Below are positions 23,601 to 35,960 of a DNA stretch of 64,000 nucleotides, one piece after another. The notes beneath the pieces were generated by a model. The model was given only the letters and a program-made list of their open reading frames with translations. It searched no databases and was not told where the DNA came from. This DNA comes from Octopus bimaculoides (lineage: Eukaryota), in the NCBI RefSeq assembly GCF_001194135.2, contig NC_068987.1:8789670-8853669 (forward strand). Direction: 5' to 3'. Position 1 is the first letter of the stretch, and each line of letters opens with the position of its first letter. The position numbers and the translations under genes are program-made.

Positions 23601-24944
23601 TTAAACGGTTTTGACCATAAACCAAACAAGGCTTAATTGACTATAAACTTGCAATGATTCTCTACATAGCAGAGTGTAACATGTGCTCTTTGACCGATAA
23701 ACGGAATATATCCAGGAGTAGGCTTCGAGTTTCCTTTTATGTTTGATATATTTTCTCTGTGAGTCATAGGTTTTGCTCTAGTAAATCAAACTCAGGTTAA
23801 ACAATAACAGTAGCAACAACCTTCTTGTCTCACTTACTTCCACCAATAAGCATCATGAAATTATCCTGTTTATTTCTATCTCCTCAACTAACAAAATATC
23901 TTTGGTCAACTGAGCATGTACTAAAGCATTGAATGTTGCCAATTCACCCACCGTCATGGGCTATATTTTCTTCTTTCTCTTTAGTTCCAAAATAGCTTGT
24001 ACAAGTTGCAAGCTTTAAAAAAAGTAACACACTCTGTTAAATTGTAAAAATAAATGCAGTAATTTTCCTAAATTAGGTGCAGGCACAGTTGTGTGGTTTA
24101 GAAGCTTGCTTTGCTACCATGTGATTTTGGGTTCAATCTCACTGCATGGTACTTTGGGTAAGTGTCTTGTAGTATAGCCCCAGGCTGACCAAAGCCTTGA
24201 GAGTGGATTTGGTAAATGGAATCTGTGTGGATACCCATCATGTGTGCATGTGTGTGTATGTGTTTGTTTCCAACCATTGCTTAACAACCAGTGTTGGTTT
24301 GACTACATCCTTGTAACTTAGCGGTTCCACAAAAGTGAGTGAGACAATAAATACCAGACTTTCAAAAAACAAACAAACAAAAAAGTACTGGGCTTGATCT
24401 GTTTGACGTTTGAAGGTGGTGCTCTAATATGGCCATGACCAGAGTCCGATGACTGAAACAAGTAAGAAGTAAGTCAATACACCTACAAACGAAATAAATT
24501 ATTTTGGTTTTGACATCTTAATACTGTGAACTATTTGTGAAACAACAAATGAATAGACTAGCCACAGTGCGCTTGGTGGTATTAATTGATCCAGTTAGTA
24601 TTGACAAATAGCATCTGTTGCATCAGAACACATGTGTGAGTGCATGTGAGTAAAAGAGCACCTACTACACTCTTGGAGTGGTTGGCATTAGGAAGGGCAT
24701 CGGCAGATTTTCTATGATCATGTGCCCTTTCTGCCACTAACCCTCACCTGATAATACCGGTATTACTGGTAATATTTCCACATAACCAGACATGTTTTCA
24801 CAGAAGATTGGAAATGAAAGACACTATTTGTATGATGGTGGCACTCTGTTACAACTACCACCTGAAGTCTAGACAAGGAGTCAGTAAAACACACACACAC
24901 ATACACAATGGACTTCTTTTTATTTTCTGTCTACCATATCCACT

Positions 24945-25317
24945 AGTGGAGGCGCAATGGCCCAGTGGTTAGGGCATCGGACTCGCGGTTTCAATTCCCA
25001 GACCGGGCATAGTGAGTGTTTATTGAGCGAAAACACCTAAAGCTCCAAGAGTCTGGCAGGGGATGGTGGCAAACCCTGCTGTACTCTTTCACCACAACTT
25101 TCTCTCACTCTTACTTCCTGTTTCTGTTGTGCCTGTAATTCAAAGGGTCAGCCTTGTCACACTGTGTCACGCTGAATATCCCCGAGAACTACGTTAAGGG
25201 TACACGTGTCTGTGGAGTGCTCAGCCACTTGCACGTTAATTTCACAAGCAGGCTGTTCCGTTGATCGGATCAACTGGAACCCTCGACGTCGTAAGCGACG
25301 GAGTGCCAACAACAACA
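24945..25317 (+). mobile_element. tRNA-headed SINE family C, intact, nested in a B2 element
   Basis: A-box-like tggcccagtgg, B-box-like ggtttcaattcc, (CAA)n tail; 12-bp TSD accatatccact at 24933-24944 and 25318-25329. Confidence 0.92.
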
Positions 25318-27099
25318 ACCATATCCACTTACAAGGTATTAAAAGATACTTGGTCAAGGTGCCATGCAGTGGAACTGACCCCAAAACCATGTCATCTGAA
25401 AGCAAACATCTTACCACACAATCACGCCTGTGCCTATGAAAAGTTATTGTAAAATTTCAATTCTTGGAGTTTTGCTTAGATTTCAGATTTAAATGTAATC
25501 TTCACAGCTTAAAATCTCATAAATATTTAAGAAACACAATACATTGTGCAAGAATCAACATTGATTAGAGTAATCATCCTTGCTATCATTTTCGTTTCTT
25601 CATTGCCTAGAAGATTATTTATAGAAAATAATATTATCAGAAACGTTAGCTTCTAGTTTTATCTGGAAGAGAAAAAAGAACAAAGAGAGATTCTCAACAG
25701 GTCACCAGTCTACTTGCTTTATTTATATATCATGTCAGTCTTATTGACAACAAACACATGCAACAGACTGAAAGGTTGAATAAATTTACAACAGCATTCT
25801 CTGAACATCCCTATACGTATAGGTCGGTCGATAGTGAACCCTTTGTATGAATGGTAGAATAGATGTACCCCATGTCAGTTTGTTAAACTGTATTTTATAT
25901 AAATAAAGAGAATTATAAACTGTTATATGCATAGTGAACAGAAAGATTCCAGACAATGATTCTTATATTTATTCTTAATATGCTGTATTAAGGATAAATG
26001 TATTTGTACTAATGAACTGAGTGTGTCATGAACATTTAGTCATCATAAAGAAGCTGTTCCCCTGTGACAAACACAACAGTGATTAGCCTATCTGTGTTCA
26101 AATCTACTGGAACATATTAATTATTAAGAATATAAAAAAGCAAATTATTTCAGGTGAATATTAAGTAGACAACTAATATAAAGATAAAGAGTTTTATATT
26201 AAAAAATATAATATTTGGGCAACTGAAGTTATTTGTACTCATAATGATAGCACCTACCATTGTATTGTTGCTGTAGTTTAGTTCAAGGTCAGCCTTGACA
26301 AAGAAGACTTATGGTCAAAGACCTTCCAGCCATAACCTTCTCTTCTTTATTTTTAACCACATAGGCATGGCTGTGTGGTTAAGAAGTTTGCTTTGTACCG
26401 ATGTGGTTTTGGGTTCTGCCTTGCAGTGAAGCACCTAGGGCAAGTGTCTTCTGTTATAGCCCTGGGCTGACCAATGCCTTGTGAGTAGGAAAGAATATTG
26501 TTATCGAGTTAAGTTTGGTCAATAATGCCTCAAGCCAAATCTAACTTTATAGCATCCACCTGTTATATATTAGCAGGCTACAGATAAATGTTATAACATC
26601 AGCCTTACAGATTAGCATGAACACCGAGATAAACAGTCTGAAAACAAAGAGTTGTACATTTATATATATGCCTGATTTTGAAGAACTATAAAACACATGC
26701 GACTATAGCAAATAACGGAATGTTAATGTTTAAAACGATTTTTGCTTTCATAAAACAGCTAGGGATTAACCCTGAGACAGACTAGCATCCAGTTCAGAGA
26801 GGATTATATTCTCAATCACTTATCCCAGGTTACATGGCATACAAGACAGATTGAAGATTAAGAACTATATCTACTCATCATCATTTAATATCCATTTAAT
26901 ATCCTTGCTTAAGTCACATAGAATTTGTTGAAGCAGATTCTCTACAGCTGGATGACCTTCCTGCAGCCAACCCTCACTTGCTTCCAAGCAAGGGATGTTT
27001 CCTCCTGACCAAATGCGTTTTTCACAGAAGACTGGAAATAAACAATCTTGCCAGTATGACAATGATACTCATTTACAACCATCATATGATGTCTAGACA

Positions 27100-27448
27100 T
27101 AGGACTCCCTTCCCCCCTTTTTCGGTCATGAATGACCATGGGATTGCACCTAGAAAATTGCCCTCCAATCTACAAGCTCAAGCAAGGTTGTTTATGAAAG
27201 ACCAGCAATCGCCCATGCATTCCAGCCTCCCCTCTCTACGCCACCGATGTTATCCAAGGGAAAGGCAAAGACTGATACAGCTTGGCACCAGTGACGTTAC
27301 AACTTATTTCTACAGCTGAGTGAACTGGAGGAATGTGAAATAAAGTGTCTTGCTCAAGAACACAACACACAAACAAGTTCAGTAACCAAATTCACTAACT
27401 CAAGATTTTAAGCCCAACGCTCTAACCACTGAGCCATGTGCCTTCAAG
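27100..27448 (-). mobile_element. SINE family D nested in a B2 element (B2 tail about 26875-27095, B head about 27450-27640)
   Basis: Reverse complement of 39044-39370 splitting a B2 copy into two collinear halves. Confidence 0.82.
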
Positions 27449-28342
27449 GTACAAAAAAAAACACAAGTGTACAAGCACATACATTCATATATACGAAGGG
27501 CTTTTTTTCAGTTTCTATCTACCTACAAGTCTTTGGTCCACTTGGGGCTACACTAGAAGACAATTAACCAAGATGTCATCCAGTGGGATTGAACCCAAGA
27601 CCACAAGATTGGAAAGCAAATTTCTTAAGTACGCTAAATGAGATATCATTATTTTTAGACAGCCTACTGAGATAAGCAGAGTAATTGCCATACTTTTAGC
27701 AGATGACAATAGCTTCAGGAAAGTTTGGACTAAATAACCCTGCAATCAGTAGTCTGCATCTTCCCTTCACAGCTAATGTTCTTCTTATCTTAATCATTTA
27801 AAATTGAATTTTTTTTTTATACTGTCACAAGATATTTGTGTAAATTTCTGAGACTGTGTTCAGTTGTTAGAGAAAGAGAATTATATTGCTGAATACTTTT
27901 CCCAACACTGACAATTCCACTACACTTTTAAGATTACAATATGTTCATGTTAAGAAGCATGAGTAAGGCAGCAGGAAATGCACCAAGCATAGAAGAATAA
28001 CAAAAAGCTTGTTGAAATGTTTGCATTTAGGTACTTATAAGCTAGTGTATTAACAACTGAATCTGTATTTGTTAGTATTATATGTCCTTATATTTCAAAC
28101 TGTAATCAAATTATAAATCTATGAGTGAAGTAATGAACTAAAATGAGGACAACAAGACTTACAAGATTTAGTTTTCATTTCAAAATGATCTCATATGTAG
28201 TAAACCTATCAGGAGCAGTACTTATACAAAGTAACTAACTTCAAGTGTTATCTACGAACCCAGGTCAAGCAATAGCTTGTGAGTGGATATGAAAGAAGGT
28301 AACTGAAATAAGCTCATCATTTATATGTGTGTGCGTGTATTT

Positions 28343-28409
<67 letters not shown>

Positions 28410-30984
28410 CATACATGTGTGTGAGTGTATATGTTGTGTCCCTCACCACCACTTGCCAACTAGTGTTGTTTTACTTATGACCCTGTAACTTAGTGGGTTG
28501 ACTTAGCAGTTTGGCAAGAGACTGACATAAGTACCAGAGTGTGGATTTGTTCAACTAACCCCTTCAAGGCAGTGCACCAGCATGGCCACAGTCCATTGAC
28601 TGAAACAAGTAAAAGATAAAAAGATATGGATCAGTTAGTTATTGGATTAACTAAGTAAAGAGTTTTAAGTCTAAATACATATTTTATATAGTTTAGGAAG
28701 TTTTATTTATTTTTACTAGTTTCAGCTGTGGCCATGCTGGGTCACTTTTTACTCTTGTATTCTTTTTTTTTTTCAGTCATTGGTTTGTGGCCATGCTGGA
28801 GCACCACCTTGTCAGGAGAGTCAAACAAATCACCTCAGTACTTATTTCAAGCCTGGTACTTAATTCTATTGATCTCTTTTGTCAAACTGCTAAACCACAG
28901 AATTGGACTGAACCCAAAACCACAAAGTTGAGAAGTAAGCTACTTCTCTTCAGAGAGTGTGATTTGAGAGAGATTTGACTACAATTTCTAGCAGGTGAAG
29001 CAACACTAAGAGATTTCCTCATTGGCTCCCATACAGTTGAGCTTTGGTGTCAGAACACTGGTGTTGCATTTCTAACACAGCATCTTACAGGTGAAAATTC
29101 TTTTCTTGAAGTAAGAAACTGTATCTTGCATTCAATAATCTGCTTAGAGACTTTATAATTGTCCCATGGGTATAAAATTGAGGTTTTTGAGGTTATTTTA
29201 CATCTCAAAAGGTTTAGGAAAAGAAACAAATATAAATGATAGATTTAGGTAGCAGATTGGTGTGCTAGAGGAAAAGGCAGTTCTTGTCTTCCTAATACTT
29301 GAAATTTTAAAGTAATTTAAAACTTAATATCATGAAAAGCTCACACATATGCAGATAAATATTTCTTACAGTGAGAGAGATAAACCTTGAAACTTGAGAA
29401 AAAACAAACATAATAGGGTAAGTTAAAGGGCCTGCAGGTAAATAATGTTCGGTAGGTAGGTAACTATTCAAAAACAAAAGAAAATTAGCTGTAAGCAGTG
29501 TATGTAGTTAGGAAGTCAGTGTTACAGAAACCAATGTACAGGAAATGGAACAAGACCTCAAATAGACAAGCAGTGAATTAAGAGTACAATAGATAGGTGT
29601 ACTTGATATTCTGAGCAGGCATAATCTAGATTCTATGGTATAATGTTGTAGTTCATCTGAAACCATAGCCAAGTTCCTTAGATGACCTAAATAGAAGTTT
29701 AAGGGAAAAAACAGCTTAGTAAATTGTTTGTTTTACCAATGTAGTTTATCATTTAAGAAAGACATGGACTCTAATTTCAATTGCTTTCTGAGAATAGCTT
29801 TTATATTTTACTTGTTTAAGTCATTAGACTGCAGCCATGCCGAAGCAGTGCACTGAGGTGAGTTAGTCAAACAAATCAACCCCAGTAGTTATTTTAAGTT
29901 TGGTACTTATTCCATCAGTCTTTTTTGCCAGACTGCTAAGTTAACAAACCAACAATGGTTGTCAAGTGGTGGTGTGGGACAAACACAAATACAGACAGAC
30001 AGACACACACACCAAGGCTAAAATAAGTATGTCTTTGTGTTTGTCAACTCACCCCCACTGCTTGACAACCTGTGTTAGTTTGTTTATGGCCCATAACTTA
30101 AGAGTTTGATAAGAGACCACAAGAATAATTACCAGATTGACTAAAACCATTTAAAGCAATGCACCAACATGGGCACAGTCCAATGAATGAAACAAGTAAA
30201 ATAAAACAATATAAACCATATCTAAATTCAACTCCAGGATTATTTTTTCAAATCAGAAGGTCAGGTCAAGAGGAACCTTTAGTTTTGTTGTAGATATGAC
30301 TACCCCTCTTGTGCTGGTGCCATAATGAAATGTACCCATTAAATGTTGTAAAGGGGTTTGTGTTAGGGAGGGTGCCCTGCCACATAAAGAAGCCAAAAAA
30401 TTAAAATGTTCAAGTGAAAAACGGTCTGCCAAGCTATCTGGAGGGTAGTGACTCTGAATAAGACCTAACATAGACTGCTGACGACCCACCTAACCCATAG
30501 CAGCATGGGAAACAGGCAGAAAATAACAAGGAAAATGCAGATTCATTCATTCATCATTATACAGAAGTATTAAACTTATATTTTGACAAATGCTGGCATT
30601 GACTAATTGATTATAAAAGCATTATTTGATTAAGTTGAGAGAGAGAGAGAGAGAGAGAGAGTGTGTCTTTTACTCATTCCAGTCACTGGACGACAGTCAT
30701 GCTTTGGCACCATCTTGAAGGGCTTTACTCAAACAAATCAACTCCAATATTTATTTTGGTACTTATTTTATCAATCCCTTTTGCCACAGGGATGTAAACA
30801 AACCAACTCTAGTTGTCAAAGGATTGGGGTGGAAGCAAAAACAAACATGCACACATATAAATATATACAAGCTCAAACATAGTTTCCAACAAACAAGTCC
30901 ACCCAGGGCTATAATAGAAGACACTTGTCCAAGGTGCTACACCCTGAGACAAAGCTCCCAAACCATATGGTTGTAAAGCAAGTA

Positions 30985-31019
<35 letters not shown>

Positions 31020-32022
31020 AAAGAAATAACCATCATTAAAATAGGGTGGAGGCTGCATATAAAACAATATTTACCATTGCTTATACAAATAAGCATAACA
31101 TCAATGACTGACAACAAATAAACAAGTGTAACTAGATGTTTTACCACAAACATGTGGTGTATTTGATATACAGGGAAGCACATTAAGTTATGAATTCTTA
31201 CTGAAATATGCTATTTTGTTTCAAGAAAATCTACAATAAATGACACAATATCTTCAAAATAAAAGTAAACAAAACTAAAGATAATTCAGGCTGACATCTG
31301 ATATTTATACATAGAAACTTCTGACTAGCTATCAATGATTAGCTCATGAAAATGACAATTATATCATATGATTAAAAGATATTACACACATATATTAAAT
31401 GTATGTATGTATATATAACATAAATATACATATTATATAAACTGGTCTTATAATTCTAGTCAATATTTGAATTTCATGGAGTAATTGTTTAACAAACTTT
31501 TTTGGAAGTAGGGGAAAAGATTAATAGTTGTTAAATAAACACAGTTATGAAAAAATACATTTATTTATATTCCATGTATTTTAGCCTGGTCAGATCACAA
31601 CATACTGCAATTCTTTCAAAACCCCCATTTTTTTTCTATGTTACTGACTTCTTAATAAAATAGTTAATATTTTAATTTACTTCTTAATTTATTATTAAGC
31701 TAATTCAAAATAAACTAGTTTTTACATATTAAATGCACATGTGAAAATAGATAGAATTTTAAAGAATTATTCCTTGTGTATGCATAAAAGTCAGAAAGAA
31801 ATATTTCTACACGGTGACCACCTTAATTAGCTCTAAGTTCCAATGAAATATGCAATTTAGCTCAAGCTATTGTAAACCTTTGTTTTAATTAATAAATGTA
31901 ATCTAGATATCCTCACAATGAATATTAATATCAAATAAAAAAAAAAAGGTCACCCTTTCATTTAATGATTGCTGTCCCCTTAGAAGGGCTGCATGATTAT
32001 CTTGGTTTTCATTTTCACTTAC

Positions 32023-32094
32023 CACTTCAGCTGGTGTTGATGCTTCCATGGTAACAGTCAAACGGATTTCTCCATGCATGTTATATGCCATCAT
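32023..32094 (-). CDS. Candidate alternative first coding exon of the liprin-beta gene (MMAYNMHGEIRLTVTMEASTPAEV)
   Basis: ATG at 32094, 24 open codons, then GTG|GTAAGT donor in phase 0, compatible with the 19492 acceptor; unique non-repeat sequence. No homology recognised. Confidence 0.4.
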
Positions 32095-35000
32095 CTCTAA
32101 CCAGTACCAGCAGCTGCAGCCACTAATTATTTTCTTTCTCAAGTTAAAACTAAACTTTGCTATTAACCTTGATTTTATGTCATTTAGTGAAATGCTTATT
32201 TTATCATTTTAGCATACATTTGTTTTGCATTGAGAATAAGTAGGTACAAATGAGTATGGTATTGTAGTAACTATCATTCTTACTACGTAGGAAATGATAA
32301 AATGACAGTAGCGGTAACAACAACAAAAATTCTGCTAACTTATAGAAAAGTAGTGGTAGTCCCACCAGATCCATGTAAGTTATTTCTGACTCTCCAACCA
32401 GCTTGTAGTGAACAGCCTTCAGTGAAGAAGGCAGGTGAAATCCTAAGCTTAAAATAAGAAATCTTACATGCAGACATATGGTAATATCAGGTTCCTGAAA
32501 GCTACCTTTTCACACACTTTCATTTCACAATTCTAGTTATTTACAGAACCACGAATAATTTCAGCTTTATTTTCCATTTAAACAGCTAAAAATTAAACAA
32601 AATTTTTTTTTAATCAAAAATGTTAATTACAAAGTTCCACAATTATATCCCTATCATATATCAATTGTTATTACACCCCCTCCCCAATAATAGCTCTGCC
32701 TGCGCAAGTAATAATAATACCTTAATGATAAAAATCTACACTTTACATTAATGCCAAACTATACAGGTACATATATTTCACATGTGTAACATACTAAAGA
32801 AATACTGAAAGATTATGAAGTAAAGAAACATGCTATTGTAATAAACTCAGCCCTGTAACTTAGCTGAGGTTATATTTAGAATGGGAAACCCCTTACATTC
32901 TGTTGTACAATAATTATGAATTCAAGGTGAGCATGTCTTCATGGGAGAAGCAATATTTCCATAGTTTGACTCATAGATACATTGCACACATGAAGCCTAT
33001 TATAAGCCTTATTTTAAAAAAATGACTAACCTATTTTCTTTTATTTTCTTCTTTATTTGCATCCTAAAGATCTACATAAGCTCCTTATTAATCATTACTG
33101 CAGTACTGTTTCATGTACAAGTATTCATGTTTTATATTTCATCCATACATATTAATATTGTACTCCGTATTAATATTTTACATGTAAAATACGCTTTTGG
33201 TTTTTATGATACATATATGCTCATCTTTAATCTAACACAAATATATTCAGCTTTTATTACAAAGAATTCAAAAATTAAAAATCAAGTAAACTAACATATT
33301 TTTAGCTTGTCAGACTTAATAAAATATTAATAATAGAGCCAATTGCAGCATGTATATTTATAGTTAGCTTTTAAATGTCTCCTGCATTAAACATCAATAC
33401 TTATTTCCCATTCAATATCATACTTAATTAAATTAAAAGTTTTTAATGAGCACAAAGTGTGTAATGTTGCACACATCCACAATACAATGACTAGAGCACA
33501 TACAATAAAATTTTCTCTTCTTTACAAGACTGGACTTAAGGCTATTATAAATAAAATGTTATGTATTTATGGCTCTTCATATAAAAGCATGATCAACACA
33601 TGCTTATAACAGTCATTGTAAGGGCAAATATATATTTTATTTATATATTTATTCAATGCTACTGACAAATACATAAAATATATGTATTATGTTAAATGTT
33701 ACACATGCATTTTTCTTTTTTTTTTGGTCCCCATTTTCTTTTTTAAAATTACATATCTGAAGTACTGGAATTGTGACCTCTCAATACCAAGAAGTAGCAG
33801 CTTAACCTCGAAAGACCCCCTGATCTCCAAGCTACACATCCTACCAAGTAATATCACTTCAGAGATCTTTCAGTAGAACCGCATTTTAGGTGCTTGTATT
33901 TGCCTTGAGTATTGAAAAATTATTTAAACTGGATCAACACGTAGATAATTTTCATTCATTCTATTAAAGCTATTACTCCAAATAACATGAGTGAGATTGA
34001 TTCTTATTCAATTACAAGTTCTGATACTTGTAATTTTTTTTGGGGGGGGGGATTTTTTTTCTACTCTGTATCTAATAAACAAGTAGCTGATAGGTAGAAT
34101 ATGGGGGCCAAGCAAAGTAATGCACCTTTTCTAGGTGTAGAATACAGTGACTAACAATTTGAAGGGCCTTCATTATAGTAACTCTCGAGTGCCGCATAAA
34201 AAGCACCTGTGCTGGTGTCACATAAAATGCACCCAATACACTCTGTAAAGTGGTTGGCATTAGGAAGGATATCCACCAATAAAAACCATGCCAAAACAGA
34301 CAACTGGAACCTGGTGCAGATTTCAAGCTTGCCAGCTCCAGTCAACCTGTCCAACCCATACCAGCATGGAAAACAAACATTAAATGGTGATGATGATGAT
34401 GATTACGTATTTTTTGAAATTCAAAAAATGAGGAATTATTCCCTAACAATAATAATGCAAAGGGCATGTTGATCAAAATAACTATATCAGTCGACTTACA
34501 TTTGCCTTTTTGGGGTGCTGGATCAGTAGATCGATCCTACGTTTTCAGATGACTATGCAATAGGTCAAGTAGACATATGTTACACTACAACATAATATTT
34601 GTAATAACAAACTCATGAGTATAAGACTGCACAAGACGTGTATGTATGCATATATACATGCACGCACGCACATGCACACACACACAGCAGATAGGTACTC
34701 ATGAACTTAGGCAGTACAATTTTAGTTCATCTAAGCAAGATATTTAAACACTGATACACATTGACTTAACAGGTAGCTTAGACTATGACTTTATGAATGA
34801 AAACTATTCTTCCTAGATTCACGAGTGTCTATCTGCTGCACGTATGTGTGTATGTGTAAGTGTGTATATTTGTATAAATGTGAATAGCCATGTAGCTCCT
34901 CTACAACAACCCTCTCTGCCTCACCTCCACTTGTACCTTAACCCTTGTCTCCTAGCATAAAGCCGCCCCGTCCATTGGGTTTCATGATTTTGCAAGCTGC

Positions 35001-35651
35001 ATTGTGACCTCACTAGTACTGGTGACACAAAAAAAAAGCACCCAATACATGATGCAAAGTGGTTGCTGTTAGGAAGGGCATCCAGTCATAGAAACCATGC
35101 CAAAGCAGACAGTGGAGCGCAATGCAGTCCCTGGACCTATCAAATCCTGTCAAACAGTCCTACCCATGCCAGTATGGAACATGGACATTAAATAAAGATG
35201 AGGATGATGTATGTATCTGCATGTATGAAGAATAAAAAGTAATATTTATTATATTATATTATAAAATTAAAAGATAATCCATACAAAATGTTGGCAAGAA
35301 GAAATAAAAATGGAAATATGTACAATATTAATTTACTTGATTATGGCATTTAGAACTTTGTTGGCTGTGCAGAAATGTGTAATCAGTATAAAATCTTTTA
35401 TCTCATAACTACTATAGCACAAATTACAATATAATTTTAAAATGTCATTAAATATCAACCTACCAAGCTATTATTTAATATAGAACTTATTGGAAACACT
35501 ATGCGTTCTTGTATGTAATATGACGTTGATTGTTTGAATGTACACAACATATTAGAAATTATGTGATTGTTTCTTTTGCAAAGTAACAAAATTTATATTT
35601 TATATATAAAACAAATTCAGAAGCTTATAGTTTTTCCATACTTCGTCTTGT

Positions 35652-35960
35652 GGTGCCCATGGACACATCATCAATAATGTTTCCTGGGATTATTAGGTGT
35701 TTTGGGGTCTTTCAATATCAGACACCCTCACTGACGCGACTCAACTGGGGTCAATCAAACCTCCGCTTGTATCCAGTTCGCACTACCCATCCCATGGCTC
35801 ACAACTTGTCGTCCACAGCCACCTTCAGGCAATTCTGCTGCCTCCACAACCAACCTGATGACCCTCTGCCCACTGGCCCCAATGATGTAAGTTCTACAGA
35901 GGGACTGGCCTGCAAATACTCTGCCTATCACCTCAATAGGACTGCACCTTGCTTACCATT
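35652..35960 (-). mobile_element. HERO-like (RLE-type) non-LTR 3' end, decayed
   Basis: FAGQSLCRTYIIG ... EAAE ... RWLW-type residues across frameshifts, then a 3' UTR tgatattgaaagaccccaaaacacc; homologous to 7648-7930. Clade name is from memory of that C-terminal motif. Confidence 0.6.

Noticed and set aside
23836-24030. Minus-strand GAA|GTAAGT donor with protein-like upstream text (MTVGELATFNALVHAQLTKDILL...)
   Set aside because: In-frame stop before the donor and no frame joins the liprin exon; no homology recognised.
24945-25020. tRNA-like A/B boxes here and at 39044, 53480-53552 and 58620
   Set aside because: They are SINE heads continuing into family bodies with TSDs; no complete cloverleaf, so not called tRNA genes.
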